Assembly (NCBI GenBank): GCA_035319735.1
Contig: DATHCD010000075.1
Span: 17,154 to 81,153 of the forward strand
DNA: 64,000 nucleotides
Origin: Xanthobacteraceae bacterium
GTDB lineage: Bacteria; Pseudomonadota; Alphaproteobacteria; Rhizobiales; Xanthobacteraceae
Reading direction: 5' to 3'
A program made the translations under genes and the position numbers. This document shows, in pieces, positions 44,422-53,877 of the stretch (its first letter is position 1; each line of letters opens with the position of its first letter). The notes under the pieces are model-generated. The model was not told the origin of the DNA. It saw only the letters and a list, made by a program, of their open reading frames with translations, and searched no databases.

Positions 44422-45167
44422 GGCGTCAGTGACAGTTTCTGCTTCAGCTCAGCGGCACTGACGGCCTGTCCGTAACCCGGCGCACCGCGCTGGAAACGGC
44501 TCGCATCCTTGAGCGTGCCGACGACTACCGGATCAAAACCAGCATCGCGCACCAGGTCCTCCGCGACCCGCACCGCCTCGGGATCATCGCCGGCGATCGG
44601 AATCGCGAGCTTCGGATCCGGACGGTTCGCCTCGCGGGCAAAGATCGTGTAGTTGAGCGTGTTGAAGGCGCGGACGAGCCGGGTGCCGGGGAGGTATTTC
44701 TGCGACGTCGCGCCGATGCCGTCGTGCTCGGCCTCCTCGGCGAGGGCGGCACCGTCACGCCCGGCGACGGCATTGCAGGCGTCAAGGACGATTTTGCCCT
44801 TGAGCGCCGCGCCGTAATCCTCACCGATCTGCGGCAGCGCGCCGTATGGCACGGCGAGGAAGAGCGCATCACCAAACGCGATCGCCTGTTCGACCGTGCC
44901 GGCGTCGGCCAGCGCGCCGAGACCAGCCACCAGATCCTTTAACTCCTCGGGGTGGCGCGAGGAGAACAGCACATTGTGACCGGCCTTGACCCACAGCCCG
45001 CCAATCGTGCCGCCGATATGGCCCGAACCGATGACGCCGATGCGCGGCTTGATGCCGCTGCTGGTTTGCGCGGACGCGCCTGCCGGCCACAGCGCCGCCG
45101 CGAGCAGCACACCGCCCGCGCCGAGAAGCGTGCGGCGATTGCGGTCAACACGATCTTTCTCATGCAT
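44418..45167 (-). CDS. NADP-oxidoreductase, coenzyme-F420-dependent-like Rossmann protein, with a twin-arginine signal peptide
   Basis: Internal ATG 45167 of ORF 44418..45218. Leader MHEKDRVDRNRRTLLGAGGVLLAAALWPAGASAQ. RIGVIGSGHIGGTIG (GxGxxG) followed by FSSRHP, an NADP-type signature. The stop overlaps the transporter start (ATGA). Confidence 0.8.
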   Translation of the reverse strand: MHEKDRVDRNRRTLLGAGGVLLAAALWPAGASAQTSSGIKPRIGVIGSGHIGGTIGGLWVKAGHNVLFSSRHPEELKDLVAGLGALADAGTVEQAIAFGDALFLAVPYGALPQIGEDYGAALKGKIVLDACNAVAGRDGAALAEEAEHDGIGATSQKYLPGTRLVRAFNTLNYTIFAREANRPDPKLAIPIAGDDPEAVRVAEDLVRDAGFDPVVVGTLKDASRFQRGAPGYGQAVSAAELKQKLSLTP

Positions 45168-45575
45168 CCAAGTCTCCTCGCGTCGGGTAACGGGTTCACC
45201 ATGTGTTTGTGGCAGCATGCGCGATCAGCAGTGACACATACTGCAGAGCGACGCCAACATAGTCCGCCCCAGCACGCGACCAAAGGGCCGCCGATAACGG
45301 CACGCCGCGGTTCAGCCGGCAGATCATAAACGCGCCGCGAGCATGCAGGATCCGGCCGAGCGCGGCGATTCAGGCCTGCTTTACCTTAACCCGACCTGCC
45401 CGCGTCCTGGCGATGCACCCTTAGCGATTCTCAATTATCACGCTGCAGTGGAGTCTCATCTCCTTTTGTTAATGCCGTGACGCGTGCGACGACATTTATG
45501 GCATTTGGTAACGCAACCGCGCCGACGGACGTGAGCGCCGCCGCATTTGCGCCGCGCGGCGAGTCGCGCGGAGAA

Positions 45576-46760
45576 ATGCCGGCGAACCTGAGCCTCAGCG
45601 TCTACAGCGAATTGGGCGCGATCGAAAGCGAGTGGCGTAGCTTCGAGCAGGTCGCCGCATGCACGCCATTCCAAACATTCGACTGGCTGGCGGCCTGGCA
45701 TCGACACATCGGGCTGCGCGAGGGCATCCGGCCGGCGATCGCGGTCGCCCGGTTCGCCGGCGGGGAGATCGCCTTCCTGCTGGCGCTCTGTGTCACGCCG
45801 AAGCGTTGGGCGCGACGGCTCTGCTGGCTTGGTCAGCAGGCGGGCGACTACAACGCTCCGCTCCTCGCTCACGACTTTTCCCAGCGCGTGCCGCCCGAGC
45901 GCTTCCGTGCGGTCTGGGAGGAGCTGTGCGAACGACTCCAACACGACCCGCTCTTTCGCCACGATTGGATCGAGCTGGAGAAGATGCCGGAAACGATCGG
46001 CGCTCAGCCCAATCCGTTCACCTATCTCGATGTCAGACGCAACGCCAGCAGCGCGCATCTCATGCAATTGGGCGGCGATTGGCAGGAATTCTACCTCGCC
46101 AAACGCTCGTCGGCGACGCGCCGGCACGACCGCGCCAAACGCCGGCGCATTTCTGAACATGGCGAGATCCGTTTCCTGACCAGCGTGGACCCGGAAGACG
46201 CGCGGCACACGCTCGAAACGCTGATGCGACAAAAAAGCCGTTCCCTGGCGCGCAAGGGAATTGCCGACATGTTCGGGCCCCCGGGACGTCGAGAATTCTT
46301 TTTCGACCTCGCGACCGATCCGAAGACGCGACATCTGGTTCACATCGCCCGTTCACAGGTCGGCACAATCTGTGCGGCGACCAATTTCGGCATCGTGTTC
46401 GGCGACTGCTATTACCACGTGCTTGCGAGCTACAATGAAGAGAGCGAGTTGTCGCGCTATGGGCCGGGCGCGCTGCACCTGCGCGAGCTTCTGAAGTACG
46501 CGATCGGACTCGGCCTGAAGCGCTTCGATTTCACCATCGGGGACGAACGCTACAAGCTGGAATGGTCCGATACCGAGCTGACGTTGTACGATCATGTCGC
46601 GGCCGCGACCTGGCGCGGCTGGCCAGCATGCCGCTTTTCCATCGTGCGGCGGCGGATCAAGCGCTCCATCAAGCAAACGCCGTGGGCCTTGCGCCTATTC
46701 TCTCGGCTGCGCGCCGCGCTCGGCTCGCGCGTTCCATACGGCTCGGTGCTGGCGCGCTGA
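45576..46760 (+). CDS. GNAT-fold acetyltransferase, CelD/BcsL-like
   Basis: ORF 45477..46760; the internal ATG 45576 is preferred. W..F......TPFQTFDWLAAW near the N-terminus and GPGALHLRELLKYAIGLGLKRFDFTIGDERYKLEWSD at the C-terminus are typical of the CelD-like family. Confidence 0.75.
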   Translation: MPANLSLSVYSELGAIESEWRSFEQVAACTPFQTFDWLAAWHRHIGLREGIRPAIAVARFAGGEIAFLLALCVTPKRWARRLCWLGQQAGDYNAPLLAHDFSQRVPPERFRAVWEELCERLQHDPLFRHDWIELEKMPETIGAQPNPFTYLDVRRNASSAHLMQLGGDWQEFYLAKRSSATRRHDRAKRRRISEHGEIRFLTSVDPEDARHTLETLMRQKSRSLARKGIADMFGPPGRREFFFDLATDPKTRHLVHIARSQVGTICAATNFGIVFGDCYYHVLASYNEESELSRYGPGALHLRELLKYAIGLGLKRFDFTIGDERYKLEWSDTELTLYDHVAAATWRGWPACRFSIVRRRIKRSIKQTPWALRLFSRLRAALGSRVPYGSVLAR

Positions 46761-46977
46761 CGGCATGGTCGAAAGCCAGTCGCGCGACGGCGTTGGCTCG
46801 CGGAGCCGACCGGCAGACGTGACCCGGCTTCCCGACGATGAGCTCGCGTCCCTCGCGGATTTGCGATTTCGCGTTCCTGTCGCGACGGGCTAATGTCGGC
46901 CGTGGCGCGACGGAGACCTTCGGCCGGCGCACGGTAAATGACCTGATGGTCCGCGGCGAGCGAATGGAACGGCGAGC

Positions 46978-47427
46978 ATGACGGCACTTTTTGTCAATGG
47001 AAGAACCTACGAGGTCGATGTCGAGCCGGATACACCGCTGCTTTGGGTGCTGCGCGACACGATCGGATTGACCGGCACGAAATACGGTTGCGGGATTGCC
47101 CAATGCGGCGCTTGCACCGTGGACATCGACGGCGTCGCGATGCGCTCGTGCCAGATCCCGGTCGGCAGCGTCGGCGCTAGGCACGTCACCACGATCGAGG
47201 CACTCGCGCAGGACGGCAAGCTGCATCCCGTGCAGCGGGCCTGGCTCGATCTCGATGTACCGCAGTGTGGCTATTGTCAGAGCGGAATGATCATGGCCGT
47301 GGTGGCCCTGCTCAGGGAGAAGCCGAAGCCGACGGACGCCGACATCGACGCTGCGATCACCAATATCTGCCGCTGCGGCAGTTATCAGCGGGTGCGCGCC
47401 GCGATCCACGCCGCGGCCAGCGCCTGA
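46978..47427 (+). CDS. (2Fe-2S)-binding small subunit of the isoquinoline oxidoreductase / aldehyde oxidase (IorA/CoxS) type
   Basis: A 149-aa [15 protein letters not shown] (plant-type cluster) and [11 protein letters not shown]...CRCGSY (second cluster). Confidence 0.9.
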   Translation: MTALFVNGRTYEVDVEPDTPLLWVLRDTIGLTGTKYGCGIAQCGACTVDIDGVAMRSCQIPVGSVGARHVTTIEALAQDGKLHPVQRAWLDLDVPQCGYCQSGMIMAVVALLREKPKPTDADIDAAITNICRCGSYQRVRAAIHAAASA

Positions 47428-47522
47428 TGGCAGTCGCCGTGACCGACGCGCCGAAGCGTAGGCAAAAACCAGTCGCCGCTGCGGCACCGGACGCGCCGAT
47501 TAGCCCGGCTGCGCCGGCGCGG

Positions 47523-48266
47523 ATGCGCAAGCTCGGAGCTCTCTTGCTGCTCATCGCCGCGGCATTGGCGCCGAGCGTTGCCGCGGCCACCGAGCAAGTC
47601 GATTTGCTGTTGGTACTGGCGGCCGACGTGTCGCGCAGCATCGACAGCGTGAAATTCCAGTTGCAGCGCGAGGGCTATGCCGCCGCGGTCTCCGATCCGC
47701 GGGTACTCGACGCCATTCGCTCCGGTCGCAACGGCCGCATCGGATTGACTTTCATCGAATGGTCGGGCGTCGGCTCACAGCGGGTACTGATCGACTGGAC
47801 GACCGTCGGCGACGCCGAGTCGGCGAAAAGCTTCGGCGATCGCCTTTTGGAAATGCCGCGCTCGTTTGCGGACCGCACCTCGATCTCGGGCGCGATCGAA
47901 TTTGCCATGGGCCAGCTGGCGCACGCTCCCTGTGAATCCGCTCGCCGTACCATCGACGTCTCCGGCGACGGCACCAACAATGCCGGCCGCGACGTGACGT
48001 CGGCCCGCGACGAAGCCCTCGCGGAAGGGGTCACCATCAACGGGCTCGTGATCCTCAGCGCCACCCCGCTGCCATGGAATCCCGATCACACCAACCCGCC
48101 GGGCGGCCTCGACAATTACTACCGGAACAACGTCATCGGCGGCCCCGGCGCATTCGTCCTGGTGGCGAAAGACTTCAACTCGTTCGGCGAGGCGATGATC
48201 GAGAAGATGATTGCCGAAGTGGCGCAGTCGCGCGATGGGCGGCCGCGGCGCTCGGCCGCCCATTGA
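47523..48266 (+). CDS. DUF1194 (vWA-like) exported protein
   Basis: ORF 47265..48266. ATG 47523 yields signal peptide MRKLGALLLLIAAALAPSVAAA. An alternative start at 47427 overlaps the upstream stop. MIDAS-like LVLAADVSRSID (DxSxS). IDVSGDGTNN. Confidence 0.75.
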   Translation: MRKLGALLLLIAAALAPSVAAATEQVDLLLVLAADVSRSIDSVKFQLQREGYAAAVSDPRVLDAIRSGRNGRIGLTFIEWSGVGSQRVLIDWTTVGDAESAKSFGDRLLEMPRSFADRTSISGAIEFAMGQLAHAPCESARRTIDVSGDGTNNAGRDVTSARDEALAEGVTINGLVILSATPLPWNPDHTNPPGGLDNYYRNNVIGGPGAFVLVAKDFNSFGEAMIEKMIAEVAQSRDGRPRRSAAH

Positions 48267-48459
48267 GCGTTGGCTGACCGGCGCGAATGGGCGCGGCTTC
48301 GGCGGCCGACCGGCAAGGCCGTTTTTGCCCTTTCGTAGCAACCCCTTGGGCTGGCGAGGCGCGAGCCCGGCCACGAAAGCGACACAGATGCCGGGCAGGT
48401 TGTATCCCCCTGCAGCTCCGCAAAATGCGACTGGCCCAGCAAATATCGGAAGGCGCCTC

Positions 48460-50388
48460 GTGACTGCGGCTACTGGCTTGAGACGCCTGGTGATTGCCGT
48501 TGCCGCCGTGGCCGCGGCGGCCTTCGCCACCCTGGTCGCGTTGTCGTTCCTCATCCCGACCGGGTCGGTGCGGGACGCCGTCGACCGTGAGATCCACGCG
48601 GTCACCGGGCTCGATCCGGTGCTGCGCGGCTCGATCTCGGTATCGCTGTTTCCCTCCGGCACGGCAAGCTTCCACAACGTGCTGCTGGGCAATGACCGCA
48701 CCGGGCAGCCGGCAGTCGTGGTCGACGAATTGATCGCGCATTTGCGCTATTTCCCGCTGCTCGCCGGGCGCATTGAAATCGCCGACGTGACGCTCGTGCG
48801 GCCGACCATCACCGTCACTTTCCTGGCGGACGGCCAGTCGAACTGGTCGGGGTTGCTCTACTCGCTTGCCCAGGCACTTAAGCCCGATCCCAGCCGCACC
48901 GCGTCCTTCTCGGAGATCGGCATCCACGACGGCACCGTGATCGTCCATAATTATTACGGCGGGAAGGACGCAACCGACAGACTGGACGGCGTGGAATTCC
49001 AGCTCGCTTGGCCGTCGATTTCGCGCAGCTTCGGCGCCAACGGTCGTTTCGTTTGGCATGACGAATCGATCGAGGCGAGCCTCACGCTCAGCGATTTTCT
49101 CTCGGCGCTGACCGGCGAGCGCTCGGGCCTCAAGCTCCGGCTTTCCGGCGCGCCGGTGAAAGTCGCCTTCGACGGCGCCGCAAGCTATCAGCCGACGCTC
49201 AAGGTCGAAGGCACGTTGAGCGTCGATTCTCCGTCGCTGCGCGAGGCCATGCGCTGGACCGACGCCAGTAACCTGCCGTTCGGCGGCTTCGGCCGTTTCG
49301 CGCTGCGGGCGCAGAGCCAGATCGGCAGCGGCCTGATCTCACTGTCCGGCGTCAACGTCGAAGTCGACGGCAACGCAGCCGAGGGCGCGCTCACGCTCGC
49401 AACCGACGGCCATCGCGCGGTGCAGGGCACGCTCGCTTCCGAGGCGATCGATCTGACCCCCTATGTTTCCGGCATCCGCCTGCTGGCCGCCAACGAACGC
49501 AACTGGAATCGGCTGCCCATTGCGCTTGACGGGCTCGCCGATTTCGACCTCGATCTGCGGCTCTCGGCTGCGAGCATCAAGATCGCGGGCGCGCAATTTG
49601 GCCGCACGGCGATCGCCGCCAACATGCGCGGCGGCAAGCTCGACGTTACCATCGGAGAATCGCAGGCGTTCGGCGGCACCGCGAAGGGATCGCTCGGGCT
49701 CGCCAGTGCTGGCGGCGGCGTTGCGGTCACTTCGCATGTGCAATTCGTCGATGTCGATCTCGAAAATTGCCTCGGCCAGCTTTTCGGGATGCACAAGCTC
49801 GAGGGCCGCGGCAATCTCGCGCTCGATGTCGAGGGATCGGGCGCTTCGGTGCTCGCGGTGACCGATGCGCTCAGTGGGACAGCAAGCCTCACCGCCCATG
49901 GCGGCGCGCTCGCCGGCATCAATGTCGAGCAATTGCTACGCCGGCTCGAACGCCGGCCGCTATCCGGAAACGGCGATTTTCGTACCGGTCGTACTCCGTT
50001 GGACCAGCTCACCTTGACCCTCAAGATCGCGCAGGGCGTGGTGTCGGTGGACAACATGCGCATCGACGGTCCGGCCGTGCGCATCGCGGCGGGCGGCCAG
50101 GCCTCGGTGCCGGCGCGCGAACTCGACCTCAAAGGCGTCGCGACGCTGGTTTCGAACGCGACCGCCAACCAGTTCGAACTGCCATTCGTCGTGCAGGGTC
50201 AGTGGGACGATCCGATCATGCTGCCGGACCCGCAAAGCCTGATCCGCCGCTCCGGCGCGGCTGCGCCTCTGCTCGACGCCATCAGGGACCGCACCGCCGG
50301 CACGGCCGTGCGCTCGGTGATCGACCGGCTCTTGGCGGCGCCGGCCGCATCTCCCGCCCCGCCGCCGGGGCCGAAAAATCCCGAGTAA
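48460..50388 (+). CDS. AsmA-family outer-membrane-biogenesis protein
   Basis: ORF 48211..50388. GTG 48460 preceded by GGAAGG (alternative ATG 48388). N-terminal anchor LRRLVIAVAAVAAAAFATLVALSFL, then the long beta-rich repeat architecture typical of AsmA. Confidence 0.75.
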   Translation: MTAATGLRRLVIAVAAVAAAAFATLVALSFLIPTGSVRDAVDREIHAVTGLDPVLRGSISVSLFPSGTASFHNVLLGNDRTGQPAVVVDELIAHLRYFPLLAGRIEIADVTLVRPTITVTFLADGQSNWSGLLYSLAQALKPDPSRTASFSEIGIHDGTVIVHNYYGGKDATDRLDGVEFQLAWPSISRSFGANGRFVWHDESIEASLTLSDFLSALTGERSGLKLRLSGAPVKVAFDGAASYQPTLKVEGTLSVDSPSLREAMRWTDASNLPFGGFGRFALRAQSQIGSGLISLSGVNVEVDGNAAEGALTLATDGHRAVQGTLASEAIDLTPYVSGIRLLAANERNWNRLPIALDGLADFDLDLRLSAASIKIAGAQFGRTAIAANMRGGKLDVTIGESQAFGGTAKGSLGLASAGGGVAVTSHVQFVDVDLENCLGQLFGMHKLEGRGNLALDVEGSGASVLAVTDALSGTASLTAHGGALAGINVEQLLRRLERRPLSGNGDFRTGRTPLDQLTLTLKIAQGVVSVDNMRIDGPAVRIAAGGQASVPARELDLKGVATLVSNATANQFELPFVVQGQWDDPIMLPDPQSLIRRSGAAAPLLDAIRDRTAGTAVRSVIDRLLAAPAASPAPPPGPKNPE

Positions 50389-50478
50389 ATCCCGTCTCGC
50401 CTGAGCACTGCCCAAGCCAGCGTCGCTCGCCAAGCGGGGGCGGGCGAACCGCTTGCAATGGCGCGCTTCGGCGATCGG

Positions 50479-51276
50479 TCATCGCCCCGGCCCGCTCCTC
50501 GCTGCGGTGAACTTGCCGAGCAGCGAAGCAGCGATGACGGCGATGCCGACCACGCCGACCATGATAGCGCACACGGCGTTCATCTCCGGCTTAACCCCGA
50601 GACGGACCTCGGAATAGATGCGAATCGGCAACGTGGTCGCGCCCGGCCCGGTCGTGAAACTCGCGATGACGAGATCATCGAGCGAGAGCGCGAAGGCGAG
50701 CATCCAGGCGGCGGCGATCGCCGGCAAGATGAGAGGCAAGGTCACGACCAGAAACGTGCGCAGCGGCGAGGCACCGAGATCCATCGCCGCCTCCTCGAGG
50801 CTCCGATCGAAATCGACCAGACGCGACTGCACGATCACCGTGACGAAGCACATCGCCATCGTGGTGTGGGCGACGGCGACGGTCCAGAACCCGCGATCGA
50901 CGGCGATAGCGACGAAGAGCAGGAGGAGCGACAACCCGGTGATCACTTCCGGCATCACCAGCGGTGCATAGATCATGGCGCTGAATAGCAGCCGGCCGCG
51001 GAAGCGGCCGAAACGCACGAGCGCCAGCGCCGCCAGCGTGCCCAGCAAGGTTGCCGTGGTCGCCGAAACAAGCGCCAAGCGTACGCTGATCAAGGCCGAG
51101 TCGATGAGCGGCGCATCGTCGATGAGCGCGGCATACCAGCGCGTCGACCAGCCGCCCCAGACGGCGACCAGACGCGAGGCGTTGAACGAATAGATCACCA
51201 GAACGACGATCGGTAGATAGAGGAAGGCGATGCCGATGACGATGGCGCCCAGGTTGAAGGCGGAGATCTTGCGCAT
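50479..51276 (-). CDS. Polyamine-type ABC transporter permease (PotC/PotI-like)
   Basis: A 265-aa ORF. EAAMDLGASPLRTFLVVTLPLILPAI is the EAA loop. Confidence 0.9.
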   Translation of the reverse strand: MRKISAFNLGAIVIGIAFLYLPIVVLVIYSFNASRLVAVWGGWSTRWYAALIDDAPLIDSALISVRLALVSATTATLLGTLAALALVRFGRFRGRLLFSAMIYAPLVMPEVITGLSLLLLFVAIAVDRGFWTVAVAHTTMAMCFVTVIVQSRLVDFDRSLEEAAMDLGASPLRTFLVVTLPLILPAIAAAWMLAFALSLDDLVIASFTTGPGATTLPIRIYSEVRLGVKPEMNAVCAIMVGVVGIAVIAASLLGKFTAARSGPGR

Positions 51277-51277
51277 G

Positions 51278-52222
51278 TCAATCCCGCTCCACCGCCCGCA
51301 TCGCCTGGTTCTGATAGACGATAATCGGCGTCACCAGGAGACAAACGAGCACGACCGCAACCGCAGCCGCGGCCGGCCAATCCTGGTTGCCGAAGAATTC
51401 GATCCAGATCGTCTGCCCGATCATCGGCGACCGCGAGCCGCCGAGCAGATCGGGAATGACGAACTCGCCGACGATCGGAATGAAGCACAGCAGCACGCCG
51501 GCAATCACACCGGACGACGACAGCGGCAAGGTCACCAGCCAAAACGTCTTCCAGCGCGGGCAGCCGAGATCGGCTGCCGCCTCGAGCAGCGTTTCGTCCA
51601 ATTTCTCGAGCGTCGCGTAGAGCGGCAGCACCATGAACGGCAAATAGGAATAGATGATGCCGACATAGGTGGCGGTATCGGTCGAGAGCCAAGCCACCGG
51701 CTCCCTCACGATCGACAGCGCCAGGAGTGCCTTATTGAGCGGCCCGTCGCGCTGCAAGATGTTCATCCAGGCATAGATGCGGATGAGCAGCGAGGTCCAG
51801 AACGGCAGCACCGTAAGCAGCACGAGCACCGCCTGCCACCGCGGCGACGTGCGCGCGATCGCATAGGCGACGGGGTAGCCGATGACGAGCAGAATGAGCG
51901 TCGAGAATGCCGCGATTTCGACGCTCTTGAGATAGGACAGGAGGTAAAGCGGATCGCTGCCGATAAGCAGGTAGTTGTCGATCGAAAGCCCGGCGAAAAA
52001 GGCGGTGACGCCGTGCCAGCCGGCCGCGAGGTCGAACACCGGCGTGTAGGGCGGCTGTGCGATCGCGGTCTGCGACAGGCTGATCTTGAGCACGATCAGA
52101 AACGGCACGAGAAAGAAGACGAGCAGCCATGCATAAGGAATGCCGACGACTAGGTTTGCGAGAAAGGAACCTCCGCGAGTTCGCTTCATGGCCATTCCGT
52201 TTGCGTGACCCGATAGGGTCAT
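51278..52222 (-). CDS. Polyamine-type ABC transporter permease (PotB/PotH-like)
   Basis: ORF 51278..52264. ATG 52222 overlaps the ATPase stop (ATGA). EAAADLGCPRWKTFWLVTLPL is the EAA loop. Confidence 0.85.
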   Translation of the reverse strand: MTLSGHANGMAMKRTRGGSFLANLVVGIPYAWLLVFFLVPFLIVLKISLSQTAIAQPPYTPVFDLAAGWHGVTAFFAGLSIDNYLLIGSDPLYLLSYLKSVEIAAFSTLILLVIGYPVAYAIARTSPRWQAVLVLLTVLPFWTSLLIRIYAWMNILQRDGPLNKALLALSIVREPVAWLSTDTATYVGIIYSYLPFMVLPLYATLEKLDETLLEAAADLGCPRWKTFWLVTLPLSSSGVIAGVLLCFIPIVGEFVIPDLLGGSRSPMIGQTIWIEFFGNQDWPAAAAVAVVLVCLLVTPIIVYQNQAMRAVERD

Positions 52223-53400
52223 CGCGTCAGCACGACTGCCGCCTCCGGCGGAAAGCTCAGCCACACGCGCTCGTCAACGCCGATCGCGCGCTCGCTGAGG
52301 CTGCCGGCATTGGCGATCGCCGCCTTCACCTGCACACCCTCGTCGGTGCGCAGCTTGTAGACCGACATATCGCCGAGATAGCCGATGTCGACGATTGTCC
52401 CGGCAAGGCTGTTGGCGGGTTCCGGCGCGGGCGGCTCTCGCCCTACGCGGACCTTCTCCGGGCGCACCGCCACCCATACCATTGCGCCCGGCTCGGCCTC
52501 GACCACGGCCGCAACGCGCAGCCGCCCCGCCTCCGTGCCGTCGACGCATTGCCGATCGTCGCCGAGACGGCCCGCGAACAGATTGACGTCGCCGACGAAG
52601 TCGGCGACCCAGCGCGAGTTCGGGCGCTCATAGATCTCGGCCGGCGGCCCCACCTGCATGAGCCGGCCGCGGTCCATGACGCCGATGCGGTCAGCCAGCG
52701 TCATCGCTTCGCCCTGGTCGTGGGTAACGATGAAAAAGGTGAAGCCGAGCCGCCGCTGCAGCTCCATCAGCTCGAACTGCGTTTCGCCGCGCAGTTTCTT
52801 GTCGAGCGCCGCCAGCGGCTCGTCGAGCAGCAGCACCCGCGGCCGCTTGACGAGCGAACGCGCCAAGGCGACGCGCTGGCGCTGGCCTCCGGAAAGCTCA
52901 TGCGGCTTGCGGCCGCCGAAACTTTCCAGTTTGACCAAGGCAAGCATGTCGGCGACACGACGCGCGATCTCCGGTTTGGGCAGACCCTCTTGCTTGAGGC
53001 CGAAGGCGACATTGGCCTCGACGTTGAGGTGGGGGAACAACGCGTAGCTCTGAAACATCATGTTGACCGGGCGCCGATAAGGCGGCACCGGAGCGAGATC
53101 GACCCCGTCAAGCATGATGCGACCGGCGTTCGGCCGCTCAAAACCGGCGATCAGGCGCAGAAGCGTGGTCTTGCCGCAACCCGAGGGTCCGAGCAGGGCG
53201 AAGAATTCGCCCTCATAAATGTCGAGCGACAAATGATCGACCGCGGACACGCCGCCGAAGCGCCTGGTCAGGGCCTCGATGCGCAGCAGCGGACGCAGGT
53301 TCGGATCGGTCCACGGTGCAAAAGCTCGTTTGGCTGCGACGGTCTGCATTCCCACTCCGGCCGCGGCGGCCCGCGAACCGAGGGCGCGCATCGCCGTCAC
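52219..53400 (-). CDS. Polyamine-type ABC transporter ATP-binding protein (PotA/PotG-like)
   Basis: GPSGCGKTTLLR, LSGGQRQRVALAR, LLLDEPLAALD, plus the C-terminal regulatory/TOBE-like domain. The start may instead be ATG 53349. Confidence 0.9.
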   Translation of the reverse strand: MTAMRALGSRAAAAGVGMQTVAAKRAFAPWTDPNLRPLLRIEALTRRFGGVSAVDHLSLDIYEGEFFALLGPSGCGKTTLLRLIAGFERPNAGRIMLDGVDLAPVPPYRRPVNMMFQSYALFPHLNVEANVAFGLKQEGLPKPEIARRVADMLALVKLESFGGRKPHELSGGQRQRVALARSLVKRPRVLLLDEPLAALDKKLRGETQFELMELQRRLGFTFFIVTHDQGEAMTLADRIGVMDRGRLMQVGPPAEIYERPNSRWVADFVGDVNLFAGRLGDDRQCVDGTEAGRLRVAAVVEAEPGAMVWVAVRPEKVRVGREPPAPEPANSLAGTIVDIGYLGDMSVYKLRTDEGVQVKAAIANAGSLSERAIGVDERVWLSFPPEAAVVLTR

Positions 53401-53486
53401 ACCTAGAGCATGATCGTGAAAAGTGGAACCGGGTTTTCCGGCAGAGAACCTGATCGGGCGGCCGGCAGCCGATTGCCGTCATTCCG

Positions 53487-53711
53487 TCATTCGTCGCGCT
53501 CCAATTCGGCGAGCGCGCGCTCGGCGAGAGCGGTCGGACCGCGAACGCCCCGCTGCGCCAACGCGATGATTTTCTTGGCGACGGCTTCGGATGCCGGATC
53601 AGGACCGACGAGCAGCCCCAGCGACTTGCAGACATCTTCGAAGGCCACTGACATGGCGCGGACGACCTCGGGGTCGAATGCCTGCCCAGCAAGGAAGGGG
53701 GTAATCGGCAT
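53487..53711 (-). CDS. Small hypothetical protein (74 aa)
   Basis: MPITPFLAGQAFDPEVVRAMSVAFEDVCKSLGL... Balanced, helix-rich composition. Resembles short conserved proteins I recall from Bradyrhizobiaceae. No clear RBS. Confidence 0.45.
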   Translation of the reverse strand: MPITPFLAGQAFDPEVVRAMSVAFEDVCKSLGLLVGPDPASEAVAKKIIALAQRGVRGPTALAERALAELERDE

Positions 53712-53877
53712 CAGGCCACGCTGCGAACAGGCCGGAGCACAACCGGCCCCTCGGCCACCGACCCCTGCCCGCCCTTGCCAGGGATCACAAAGATTGCGTC
53801 GCGACGTCCAGTTTGTCGAGTCGCAAAATCCGGCGCTCGGGATGCCCGCACGTGGGCAATTGGTGGAGCGGCCGAGA

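Noticed and set aside
50431-50455. Hairpin CAAGCGG-N11-CCGCTTG between the AsmA and PotC-like gene ends.
   Set aside because: A 7-bp stem with a large loop and no U-tract. Too weak to call a terminator.
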